A stretch of DNA of 32,000 bases from an uncultured Candidatus Saccharibacteria bacterium (GCA_964516865.1 CAZEXD010000002.1:863-32862), one strand, 5' to 3'; positions 8,136 through 15,785 are shown, counted from the first letter of the stretch. Program-made: numbers and translations. Notes: generated by a model not told the origin, from the sequence alone.

Positions 8136-10538
8136 TTAATTTAATATTTGTTTTTCTTTTTCCATTACAATTAAATATGTTTTAATAAGCGAGTCCGGAT
8201 TAACGGAAATGCTATCAATTCCTAATTCTACTAAAAACTTTGTAAATTCTGGGTAGTTTGATGGTGCTTCCCCGCAGATTCCAACATATTTATCATTCTC
8301 TTTGCAAACCATAATCGCCTCTTCTATCATTTCTAAAACCGCCTCATTCCTTTCGTCGCCAATATAGGAAATTCCGCTATTGTCTCTGTCGAGGCCCAAG
8401 GTTAATTGGGTTAAATCGTTGCTGCCAATGCTAAATCCGTCAAAAATCTGCAGAAATTCGTTCGCTAAAATAACATTGGAAGGAACTTCGCACATCACAT
8501 AAATTTTAATACCATTTTCATCTCTTGATAACCCAACCTGAGCCATTAAGTCAACAACCTTTTTTCCTTCTTCCAAAGTCCGGCAAAATGGTACCATTAC
8601 ATTCACATTTTTTAAACCAAAAACATCTCTAACTCTTTTTATTGCCACGCACTCCATTAAAAAAGCGGGTTGATATTTTTCAGAAATATAACGACAGGCG
8701 CCACGAAAACCCATCATTGGATTTTGCTCTTCTTCTTCATAATAATTTCCTCCAATTAAATTTCGATATTCGTTCGTTTTAAAATCAGAGAATCTCACAA
8801 TAACCTCTTTTGGATAAACCGCGGCTGCTATTTGGGCGATTCCTTCTGCCAACTCTTTCACGAAATACTCTCTTTTATCTTTATGTTCTATAGTGAGTTC
8901 GGCGATAATTTTTTTTAGTTTTTTATCTTTTATTTTTTCAAAATCATAAAGTGCCATCGGATGAACCCTTATCTTTTCGGCGATTATAAATTCTTCTCTC
9001 GCTAAACCAATACCGTTATTTGGCAAAAAAGACGACTTAAAGGCGGTCTGGGGATCGCCTATATTCATCGTAATTTTGGTTTTAATTTTTGTTAATTCTG
9101 AAAATTTTGTTTTTTTCACCTCAAAAGGAATGTTGCCGGAAAATATTCTTCCTTTTCCGCCCTGGGTGCAATCAACCGTCACAATATTACCATTCTTTAA
9201 GAGTTTCGTTGCCTTCTCCGTTCCCACCACTGCTGGAATTCCAAGTTCGCGAGAAATAATTGCCGCATGGCAAGTTTTTCCGCCTTCATCGGTGATAATT
9301 GCCGAGGCGTTTCTCATAATCGGCACCCAGTCGGGATCAGTCATTTTTGTAACCAAAATATCTCCTCTTTCAAATTGGTTGATTTTAGAAATGTCTTTGA
9401 TGACTTTTACCCTACCGCTTCCTATTTTTTCGCCTATGGCAATACCCGTTAAAATGGGTTCTTTATCTGTGTTTATATGATATTCCTCTAAAACCATTTC
9501 AGTTTTTGGCAGATGAACTGTTTCTGGTCTTGCTTGAACAATATACAATTGTTCTGTTTTGCCGTCTTTTGCCCATTCAATATCCTGAGGCATCCATTTT
9601 CCAAACTTTGTTGAATAATAATCTTCGATAATCATCGCCCACTTTGCCAAAGTTATTATTTCGTCTTCTCTTAAAGAAAACTTCAGTTGGTTGTTTTTTT
9701 TCACCTTTATTTCCTTTAATCCCCCATTTTTAGAATAACCATATTTTATTGTTTTCCGCCCCAGATTTTTAACAATTATTGATTTATAGCCATTCTTGAG
9801 GGTGGGTTTAAAAACATAAAATTCATCGGGGGTGATTTTTCCTTTTACAATAAGTTCTCCCACGCCCCAGATTGAATTTATTAACACTACATCTGGAAAG
9901 CCGGTTTCTGTGTCCAAAGTAAACATTATGCCGGAAGACCCCAAATCGCTTCTTACCATTTTTTGTATTCCCAGAGAAAGGGCAAATTCTAATTGATTTA
10001 TATTCTTTTCTCTTCTGTAAGCGATAACGCGGTCGGTAAAAGCCGAAGCGAATCCTTTAATTATTGCTTTAAGCAATTCATCTTCTCCTCTTACGTTTAA
10101 ATATGTTTCAAACTGGCCGGCAAAAGAAGCATTTTCCATATCTTCGCAAACCCCAGAACTTCTTACTGCTACATCGGGATTTTCACCATAACTTTCTGCT
10201 AATTTCGAATAAGCCATTAAAACTTCTTTTTTTAAATCATCGGGGAATGTTGCTTTTAAAATAATTTCTCGGCACCTCTTCCCCGTTTCTTGAATGCTTT
10301 CCAAAGATTCGGGATTAAAATCTTTAAAAATTTCTGCTAAGACTTTGTCTAAATTATTTGCTTTTAAAAATTCCCAATAAAATTTAGTGGTCAAAGCAAA
10401 TCCATCGGGAACATTCACTCCTTTTGGCGCAAGTTCTTTATGCATTTCGCCCAAAGAAGCATTTTTTCCGCCTACCAAGGGCACATCTTCAATGCCGACC
10501 TCATTAAACCATAAAATATTTTTTTCTTTTTTATCCAT
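8136..10538 (-). CDS. ppsA: Phosphoenolpyruvate synthase (pyruvate, water dikinase)
   Basis: 800 aa. N-terminal GGKNASLGEM ATP-grasp motif, phosphohistidine swivel TDEGGKTCHAAIISRELGIPAVVG, and a C-terminal PEP-utilising TIM-barrel block GFSIGSNDLTQLTLG. Confidence 0.92.
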   Translation of the reverse strand: MDKKEKNILWFNEVGIEDVPLVGGKNASLGEMHKELAPKGVNVPDGFALTTKFYWEFLKANNLDKVLAEIFKDFNPESLESIQETGKRCREIILKATFPDDLKKEVLMAYSKLAESYGENPDVAVRSSGVCEDMENASFAGQFETYLNVRGEDELLKAIIKGFASAFTDRVIAYRREKNINQLEFALSLGIQKMVRSDLGSSGIMFTLDTETGFPDVVLINSIWGVGELIVKGKITPDEFYVFKPTLKNGYKSIIVKNLGRKTIKYGYSKNGGLKEIKVKKNNQLKFSLREDEIITLAKWAMIIEDYYSTKFGKWMPQDIEWAKDGKTEQLYIVQARPETVHLPKTEMVLEEYHINTDKEPILTGIAIGEKIGSGRVKVIKDISKINQFERGDILVTKMTDPDWVPIMRNASAIITDEGGKTCHAAIISRELGIPAVVGTEKATKLLKNGNIVTVDCTQGGKGRIFSGNIPFEVKKTKFSELTKIKTKITMNIGDPQTAFKSSFLPNNGIGLAREEFIIAEKIRVHPMALYDFEKIKDKKLKKIIAELTIEHKDKREYFVKELAEGIAQIAAAVYPKEVIVRFSDFKTNEYRNLIGGNYYEEEEQNPMMGFRGACRYISEKYQPAFLMECVAIKRVRDVFGLKNVNVMVPFCRTLEEGKKVVDLMAQVGLSRDENGIKIYVMCEVPSNVILANEFLQIFDGFSIGSNDLTQLTLGLDRDNSGISYIGDERNEAVLEMIEEAIMVCKENDKYVGICGEAPSNYPEFTKFLVELGIDSISVNPDSLIKTYLIVMEKEKQILN

Positions 10539-10571
10539 ATTTATATATTTTATTATTTATTATACTTTAAA

Positions 10572-11588
10572 TTAATTTTTTAATATTTTTTTGGCAATGG
10601 CCAATTCTTCGTCGGTTTTAATTGCCAATATCTTTGTGTTTTTTAAAATATTTAAATTCTTGCATATCATATTTCTTATTTTTGCAGAACCTGAGCCAAT
10701 TGCGCCGGTAAAAACCAAAACGTCACAGCCGTCCAAAATTGCAAAATAAGCGCCGATATATTTTTGAATTGAATAAACGAAAACCTCTAATGCTAATTTT
10801 GCCAGCAAATCCCCCTCTTTTATTTTTTTTAACGCTTCCAGCATGTCTTCTTTTTGGCAAATCCCCTTAATTCCCGACTCTTTGTTTAAAATTTCTTCTG
10901 TTTTTTCAATCCCGTATTTTTTAGCAATTTCCAAAACAATTCCCGCGTCCAGGTCGCCCGGCCGAGTCATCATCACCAAACCCTGAAGGGGCGTAAAACC
11001 CATTGAGGTGTCAACGGCTTTTCCATTTTTAATTGCCGCGATGCTGGCTCCGCCACCCAAATGACAGGTTATTATTTTTAATTTCTCAAAGGGCTTTTTT
11101 AATTTTTTGGCTGCTTCTTTGGCAACATATTCATGGGAAATTCCATGAAAACCATATCTTCGAAATCCAAATTCTTTTATGATTTGGTGGGGCAAGGCAT
11201 AGGTATATGATTTTTTTGGCAATTGACTGAAAAACTCTGTGTCAAAAACCGCATATTGGGCGGTCTGCTTTAAAACCTTCTGACAAATTTTTATTCCCAA
11301 CACATTAAAGGGATTATGTAAAGGAGCAAGGTGGTTTAATTTTTCTAATTCATATAAATTATCTGACGTTATTTTTGTGGGCTTTTGAAAAATATCTTTT
11401 CCGTGCACAACTCTGTGGCCAACGATCTGTATTTTAAATCCTTTTAATTTATTCAACTCGTCACGCAATATTTTTTTGTAATCATTTCTCGGAATCGCTA
11501 CAATATTTATCTCCCTTAGGGTTTTTAAATTAAAGTCAAAAACTTTTAGTTTAATTGATTGTGACCCGCAATTTAAAACTAAAATCAT
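10572..11588 (-). CDS. ackA: Acetate kinase (compact, 338 aa)
   Basis: ILVLNCGSQSIKLKVF, HRVVHG, APLHNP, YGFHGISHEYV, CHLGGGASIAAIKNGKAVDTSMGFTPLQGLVMMTRPGDLD, LVFTGAIG. Confidence 0.88.
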   Translation of the reverse strand: MILVLNCGSQSIKLKVFDFNLKTLREINIVAIPRNDYKKILRDELNKLKGFKIQIVGHRVVHGKDIFQKPTKITSDNLYELEKLNHLAPLHNPFNVLGIKICQKVLKQTAQYAVFDTEFFSQLPKKSYTYALPHQIIKEFGFRRYGFHGISHEYVAKEAAKKLKKPFEKLKIITCHLGGGASIAAIKNGKAVDTSMGFTPLQGLVMMTRPGDLDAGIVLEIAKKYGIEKTEEILNKESGIKGICQKEDMLEALKKIKEGDLLAKLALEVFVYSIQKYIGAYFAILDGCDVLVFTGAIGSGSAKIRNMICKNLNILKNTKILAIKTDEELAIAKKILKN

Positions 11589-11615
11589 ATTAAAAGTAAA
11601 ATCATAAATTTGAAA

Positions 11616-12194
11616 TTAAGGTTTTAATAATAGTCCTTTCCCCTTCTTATCAATACCGGCGGCATTTCCCTCATCGGTGTCTAAGTGCAGACAAAGTTTA
11701 TAATCATCTTTTACTCTTATTAAAACATTATTAAAAATTATTCCTCTTTTGCCATCAATTTTTACTGAAACCACCATTCCGTTTTTTAAGCCCAGTTCTT
11801 TTGCTTCATTTGTCGCACAATGAATATGGCGAGCGGCAATAATTATCCCTTCTTTAAACACAATTTTCTTTTTCGGACTAATTAATATGGCGCCAGGGGT
11901 TCCTTTTATATCACCAGAATTTCTAATACAAGGATTTATCCCTAAATTTATCGCATCGGTCATTGATATTTCCACTTGAGTTTTATCTCTCGTTGGTCCA
12001 ACTATTCTAATATTCTTAAGAATTTTAGAATTAACCTTAAGGTTCACGGTTTCCTCTGCGGCAAAATCGCAAGGTTGGGTCAACTGCCTTAATTTTTTCA
12101 GTTTATAATTTTTGCCAAAAAGCGCCTCCAGATCTTTTTGGCTCAAATGAATATGTCTCGCTGAAACTTCAATTGGAATTCTTTGATTCATCAT
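11616..12194 (-). CDS. pduL: PduL-type phosphate acyltransferase (phosphotransacylase)
   Basis: Duplicated PduL signature: EVSARHIHLSQKDLEALFG and IIAARHIHCAT. Directly upstream of ackA. Confidence 0.85.
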   Translation of the reverse strand: MMNQRIPIEVSARHIHLSQKDLEALFGKNYKLKKLRQLTQPCDFAAEETVNLKVNSKILKNIRIVGPTRDKTQVEISMTDAINLGINPCIRNSGDIKGTPGAILISPKKKIVFKEGIIIAARHIHCATNEAKELGLKNGMVVSVKIDGKRGIIFNNVLIRVKDDYKLCLHLDTDEGNAAGIDKKGKGLLLKP

Positions 12195-12304
12195 ATAAAA
12201 TTAACAACAAATTTTTGCCGTTGACACCATATATAAATATAAAATTATAATTAAAATCACAATTATACCTATAATAATTCCTCCGATTGCTATTTTTTTT
12301 CCGT

Positions 12305-12532
12305 TTAAACTATTTTTTTAATGCTAATAATTCCCAATATTATGGAAAATAAGGATAATAAAATTAAAACAATTAAGTAAGTGAATAAAATTATTAGGCC
12401 TAACGGATTCATTATTAAAAATTTCGCAAATATATATGGAAAAAAGATAAAAAGAAAAAAAGACACTAAAGACAATATCAAACTAATAACTGCTAGTTTC
12501 GATTTTGGTAATTGGTTATTTTGCGAATTCAC
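12305..12532 (-). CDS. Small polytopic membrane protein, probably the 5' part of a frameshifted DUF4190-like gene (extends to 12201 in another frame)
   Basis: 75-aa hydrophobic ORF (GTG start) ending ...GIISIKKIV* just after an A7 tract (plus T7, 12313-12319). The +1 frame continues NSLNGKKIAIGGIIIGIIVILIIILYLYMVSTAKICC* to 12201. Confidence 0.5.
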   Translation of the reverse strand: MNSQNNQLPKSKLAVISLILSLVSFFLFIFFPYIFAKFLIMNPLGLIILFTYLIVLILLSLFSIILGIISIKKIV

Positions 12533-12536
12533 GATT

Positions 12537-12950
12537 TTAAATTAATAAATTAGATTTGATAAAACTTGATGACTTGATAACTGATTGTATAATTTTAACA
12601 AAGAATATTAATAATATTCCAATTATTGTGAATAATAAAGCCCTTTTCCAATTATAACCCGCAATATGGAAAATTAATGATACAAGAAGATATAAAATAA
12701 TAAGATAAGGTATAACAAACAACGGATTGTAAGAAAAAGAGATTACTGCATCAAGCGGCTGTATTCTTATGCCCAAAATATCAATAATAATATTTGAAAA
12801 AGTAAATCTTTCTATACAAGAAGGAGGTACGGTGGTTTGAACAAATCCCTGACAACTTCTTTGGATTGATGGTACGCCAAATATCAAAACTAAGATTATA
12901 AATAAAATAATTTTCGCAATTGTCGGTTTTAAAAATTGTTTCCACTTCAT
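12537..12950 (-). CDS. Hypothetical polytopic membrane protein, copy 1
   Basis: 137-aa ORF identical to 13044..13457. TM-rich, with two Cys in the first loop (SCQGF...PPSC). TATAAT lies 9 nt upstream of the ATG. Confidence 0.6.
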   Translation of the reverse strand: MKWKQFLKPTIAKIILFIILVLIFGVPSIQRSCQGFVQTTVPPSCIERFTFSNIIIDILGIRIQPLDAVISFSYNPLFVIPYLIILYLLVSLIFHIAGYNWKRALLFTIIGILLIFFVKIIQSVIKSSSFIKSNLLI

Positions 12951-13043
12951 ATTTTTACATTATACCTTTTTTGGAAAAAATAAAAAAGCTTTTGAGTTAA
13001 TTTTTAATAATTGTTGACTAGGAGAAAAAACTTTAATACGATT

Positions 13044-13457
13044 TTAAATTAATAAATTAGATTTGATAAAACTTGATGACTTGATAACTGATTGTATAAT
13101 TTTAACAAAGAATATTAATAATATTCCAATTATTGTGAATAATAAAGCCCTTTTCCAATTATAACCCGCAATATGGAAAATTAATGATACAAGAAGATAT
13201 AAAATAATAAGATAAGGTATAACAAACAACGGATTGTAAGAAAAAGAGATTACTGCATCAAGCGGCTGTATTCTTATGCCCAAAATATCAATAATAATAT
13301 TTGAAAAAGTAAATCTTTCTATACAAGAAGGAGGTACGGTGGTTTGAACAAATCCCTGACAACTTCTTTGGATTGATGGTACGCCAAATATCAAAACTAA
13401 GATTATAAATAAAATAATTTTCGCAATTGTCGGTTTTAAAAATTGTTTCCACTTCAT
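13044..13457 (-). CDS. Hypothetical polytopic membrane protein, copy 2
   Basis: Identical to 12537..12950. Confidence 0.6.
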   Translation of the reverse strand: MKWKQFLKPTIAKIILFIILVLIFGVPSIQRSCQGFVQTTVPPSCIERFTFSNIIIDILGIRIQPLDAVISFSYNPLFVIPYLIILYLLVSLIFHIAGYNWKRALLFTIIGILLIFFVKIIQSVIKSSSFIKSNLLI

Positions 13458-13520
13458 ATTTTTACATTATACCTTTTTTGGAAAAAATAAAAAAGCTTTT
13501 GAGTTAATTTTTAATAATTG

Positions 13521-13549
13521 TTGACTAGGAGAAAAAACTTTAATACGAT
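13521..13549 (+). promoter_or_regulatory. Candidate promoter of structured RNA A
   Basis: TTGACT (13521-13526), 17-nt spacer, TACGAT (13544-13549). The element lies inside the 507-bp repeat, so a second copy exists at 13014-13042. Confidence 0.45.
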
Positions 13550-13556
13550 AATATTA

Positions 13557-13837
13557 GTTTCTTAAATAACTCGCCAAAGAAAGAAGTTGAAGGGCTTCGC
13601 GGTCTTCGCCTTCATCAGTAAGTTGCCGACACCTGGTGTTTTCTTTCCAACGGGATACAGGGTTTGCCACTTCGGCCCTGGAAATCCTACCGGAGTAGCT
13701 GAGGGTAGCCAGCACCTCCTTGCATGGCGCCGATCCTCAGTAAAGAGGTAGGATGGGGAAACTCCGGAGAATTTACTGACTTTCTTTGGCGACAAAGCCC
13801 CTGCAATCATGCCTTCGGTTGCAGGGGTATTTTAATT
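13557..13837 (+). ncRNA. Structured RNA A (unclassified), about 280 nt including terminator
   Basis: GC-rich island in AT-rich DNA. P1: 13571-13583 tcgccaaagaaag pairs perfectly with 13780-13792. P2 hairpin: 13588-13593/13609-13614. P3: 13615-13621 tcagtaa with 13773-13779 ttactga. Hairpin: 13653-13687. Long-range pair: 13690-13696 ccggagt with 13761-13767 actccgg. Intrinsic terminator at the 3' end. Confidence 0.7.
13797..13837 (+). terminator. Intrinsic terminator of RNA A
   Basis: cccctgcaa (13798-13806) pairs with ttgcagggg (13819-13827), followed by TATTTTAATT. The U-tract is only convincing on the plus strand. Confidence 0.75.
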
Positions 13838-13840
13838 AGT

Positions 13841-13869
13841 TTGACAAGATAAGAAATAATATTTATAAT
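13841..13869 (+). promoter_or_regulatory. Consensus sigma70-type promoter of structured RNA B
   Basis: TTGACA (13841-13846), exactly 17 nt, TATAAT (13864-13869). Confidence 0.8.
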
Positions 13870-13876
13870 AAAAATA

Positions 13877-14266
13877 AGCTCTCTGAAAATCATTGACGAT
13901 AGAAGGAGGAATATCAGGATCGCTTTCCAAAAGCGCGTCGACCCCCTCGGCAAAGGCAGCTCTGCTAAAAGGCGGGCAGTCCTGCGAGAAGACGCGACTC
14001 GCAAACTGCCAGCAACTGCAGCTAGAAATCTCTTACCAACGGGTAGGCTAAATTCTGTCGGAGTAGCTAGATGGAGTCGCCGTACTCCCGGTGGGCATTG
14101 ATCTCTAGCGAAGAGACGGAATGAGAGATTTCTTTCTCCGCAGAATCCTCTACTCTTGCGCGGAGAGCTGAATTCCCCTATCCCGAGGGTCTGGCTGAGC
14201 TTTCTCTGGCGATATTCTCTAAAACCCCGTGCTCGGTGTTTTAACACCAGCGCGGGTATTTTGTTT
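13877..14266 (+). ncRNA. Structured RNA B (unclassified, larger paralog of RNA A), about 390 nt including terminator
   Basis: GC-rich. Outer pairings: 13909-13915 gaatatc with 14211-14217 gatattc, and 13944-13950 ccctcgg with 14183-14189 ccgaggg. Nested hairpin: 13975-13980/14005-14010, with 13983-13988/13998-14003 inside. Further hairpins: 14060-14065/14083-14088, 14102-14106/14112-14116 and 14135-14141/14160-14166. Shares ordered blocks with RNA A: ccaacggg, cggagtagct, ctttctYtggcga. Confidence 0.7.
14225..14266 (+). terminator. Intrinsic terminator of RNA B
   Basis: ccccgtgctcggtgtt / aacaccagcgcggg stem (one bulge, one wobble) followed by TATTTTGTTTATT. Confidence 0.7.
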
Positions 14267-14444
14267 ATTAAAAAAATTTGTGCGTCTGAGTTGATGTTTT
14301 CGCTCGCATCATTTTAATATCAACTTGAGTAATTTAAGTAGTTGTATCGGTATAAATTTCCAAAAAATAGCGACCTCTATAATTATTCAAAGCAAAGAAA
14401 GCCGAAGAGAAATATCAGAAAATACAGGGTATGGGAAGGCGCTA

Positions 14445-14470
14445 CTTTTTCCCACAAACTCCGCAAATTC
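14445..14470. repeat. 26-bp direct repeat, copy 1 (orphan copy of the gap 3' end)
   Basis: ctttttcccacaaactccgcaaattc is identical to 15793-15818. On the minus strand it encodes EFAEFVGK, the C-terminal GAPDH peptide. Confidence 0.9.
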
Positions 14471-14485
14471 AGCGAAATAAGTTGT

Positions 14486-15730
14486 TTAGGGGAATTGAGC
14501 CAATATATCGCCATAAATCATTCCTTGATTATGATAAGTTCTTCTTAATGCTTTTCCAACTATTTTTTCTTCAAAAAGATATTTCTCAAAAGAATTTGGT
14601 CTTTCTTCTCCTTCAACTTCTATTACTGTCCAGACCCCAGATTTCAACCAAGTTTGAGGCCAACAACAAAAGGAACTAGACCAATAATAAGTTATGTCTT
14701 GCATGCATGCAGCATCAACGTTCACAAATAATGACGGGGCGCCATTTATCAAAGAATAATTTAGTATGTCTTCGTTGGTGGTATAGATATATTGGTTTAC
14801 CTCAGATAAATCTCTACTTGTTGTCGGAACAGGATCTTTAAAACCCAGGCCCAAAGAGTTTGGGTCCCCGTGAACGTAATACATTAATGAGAGCGGTTTC
14901 TCTTTTATTTTTTCGTTTATAGCAGAAAGATTAGAGTTTAATAAAACTTCCGTAGGATAAAAAAACTTAATATTATTATAGTTTGTTAATATTTCACTGG
15001 GACTACCAAGGTTTAGTGCCCCTGACCCACCTAATACATTATCATCCCAAGCAATGTATAATATTTTCCTAGCAAAAATCGGTATGATTGAGTTATAATT
15101 GTTGTGATAATTTATAAAATTAGAAAAAACAGCAATAATAAACTCCTTTTTTTGTGTTTCATTATATATTACTGGCTCAAAAACAAATGATAATGCAACG
15201 TCCTTACATCCATTAGCATTCCTGCCTATATAAGAGTAAAAATTATTCTCGTTATCTAAATCTAACATCCATTGGGCAGATCGGCTAATCGTAGACTCCC
15301 CCGTTTTAGGATCCGTCCAATATGCCGGTTCTTGTTTTTTAACAACGGGTAAATCTTGCCCGACTATAATAGCATATCCAACATTATCGTTTTTGACCAA
15401 ATCTTCTATAAAAACGTCGAATTCTTCAATAGTAGAATTTGTAAACTTTCTTACGCCAATATTTTCGATACCTAAATGATTTTTTACCGCGGTAAAATAT
15501 TGATTAAATACGCTAATATTATCTGGATTATCATAATACCCATTTTCCTTTATTATAATTGTTACCTTATTTCTGCTTTCATCGTAATCGCAATTAAAGG
15601 GTTTTGTTTTACCAGTACTTTCGTCAATACCATAAACAATCGTAGATGGTTCAAATTCAGTGTTGTGAGTAGTTTTTTTAAATAGCAAAAAAAAGTTGAC
15701 GCTTATCGCAACCAAAATTATCAAGACCAA
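14486..15730 (-). CDS. Membrane-anchored extracytoplasmic protein with a clan CD (clostripain C11/gingipain C25-like) His-Gly ... Ala-Cys dyad pattern
   Basis: 414-aa ORF (TTG start as listed) with an N-terminal TM helix. YYVHGDPNSLG and, 55 residues later, FVNVDAACMQ resemble the HG/AC catalytic dyad of clan CD cysteine peptidases. A better ATG at 15764 is out of frame by one base across an A8 tract. Confidence 0.55.
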   Translation of the reverse strand: MVLIILVAISVNFFLLFKKTTHNTEFEPSTIVYGIDESTGKTKPFNCDYDESRNKVTIIIKENGYYDNPDNISVFNQYFTAVKNHLGIENIGVRKFTNSTIEEFDVFIEDLVKNDNVGYAIIVGQDLPVVKKQEPAYWTDPKTGESTISRSAQWMLDLDNENNFYSYIGRNANGCKDVALSFVFEPVIYNETQKKEFIIAVFSNFINYHNNYNSIIPIFARKILYIAWDDNVLGGSGALNLGSPSEILTNYNNIKFFYPTEVLLNSNLSAINEKIKEKPLSLMYYVHGDPNSLGLGFKDPVPTTSRDLSEVNQYIYTTNEDILNYSLINGAPSLFVNVDAACMQDITYYWSSSFCCWPQTWLKSGVWTVIEVEGEERPNSFEKYLFEEKIVGKALRRTYHNQGMIYGDILAQFP

Positions 15731-15785
15731 TACTACTAAAACTATAGCGATTTTTTTTATTCATAAACAATCGTATTCGTCTTTA

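Larger units (their letters stand above)
12531..13549. repeat. Perfect tandem duplication, 2 x 507 bp, plus a shared ACGAT junction
   Basis: 12531-13037 and 13038-13544 are identical by direct comparison. Both ends carry ACGAT (12531-12535, 13038-13042, 13545-13549). Confidence 0.95.

Noticed and set aside
11806-11818. A 12-nt match (ttgtcgcacaat) inside pduL to the 16-bp repeat unit at 443-490
   Set aside because: It lies in the codons of the conserved ARHIHCAT motif and lacks the flanking unit sequence. It is most simply a coincidence constrained by coding.
13611-13620. CUGAUGA on the minus strand inside RNA A, suggesting a hammerhead ribozyme core
   Set aside because: The stem II-like hairpin is followed by AAC rather than the required GAAA, there is no matching stem I/III, and the promoter and terminator evidence puts the RNA on the plus strand.
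13562-14247. Minus-strand ORFs 13562..13810 (82 aa) and 13807..14247 (146 aa)
   Set aside because: They span two promoter/terminator-delimited GC-rich structured regions and cross the AT-rich spacer. The translations are Arg/Pro/Gly-rich low-complexity sequences with no domain features. Long ORFs are expected by chance in locally GC-rich RNA genes.
13877-14266. RNA B as a divergent RNase P RNA. The match is CGGGUAGGCU followed by CUAGAUG, as in the E. coli P15 region, plus GAGGAA near the 5' end and CAGAA near the 3' part.
   Set aside because: I could not find the GGUAAGAGC/GGUGAAA specificity-domain blocks or a convincing P4. The hairpin context around CAGAA differs from P18/P4. RNA A shares the same blocks, which argues for a distinct two-member family. 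This is left as something a covariance-model search must settle.
14270-14444. Plus-strand ORFs 14342..14548 and 14431..14679, and a 7-bp inverted repeat (agttgat/atcaact at about 14300-14336)
   Set aside because: The ORFs overlap the orphan gap fragment and the 3' end of the peptidase-like gene, and they have no coding features. The inverted repeat has a 23-nt loop and no U-tract, so it is not a convincing terminator.
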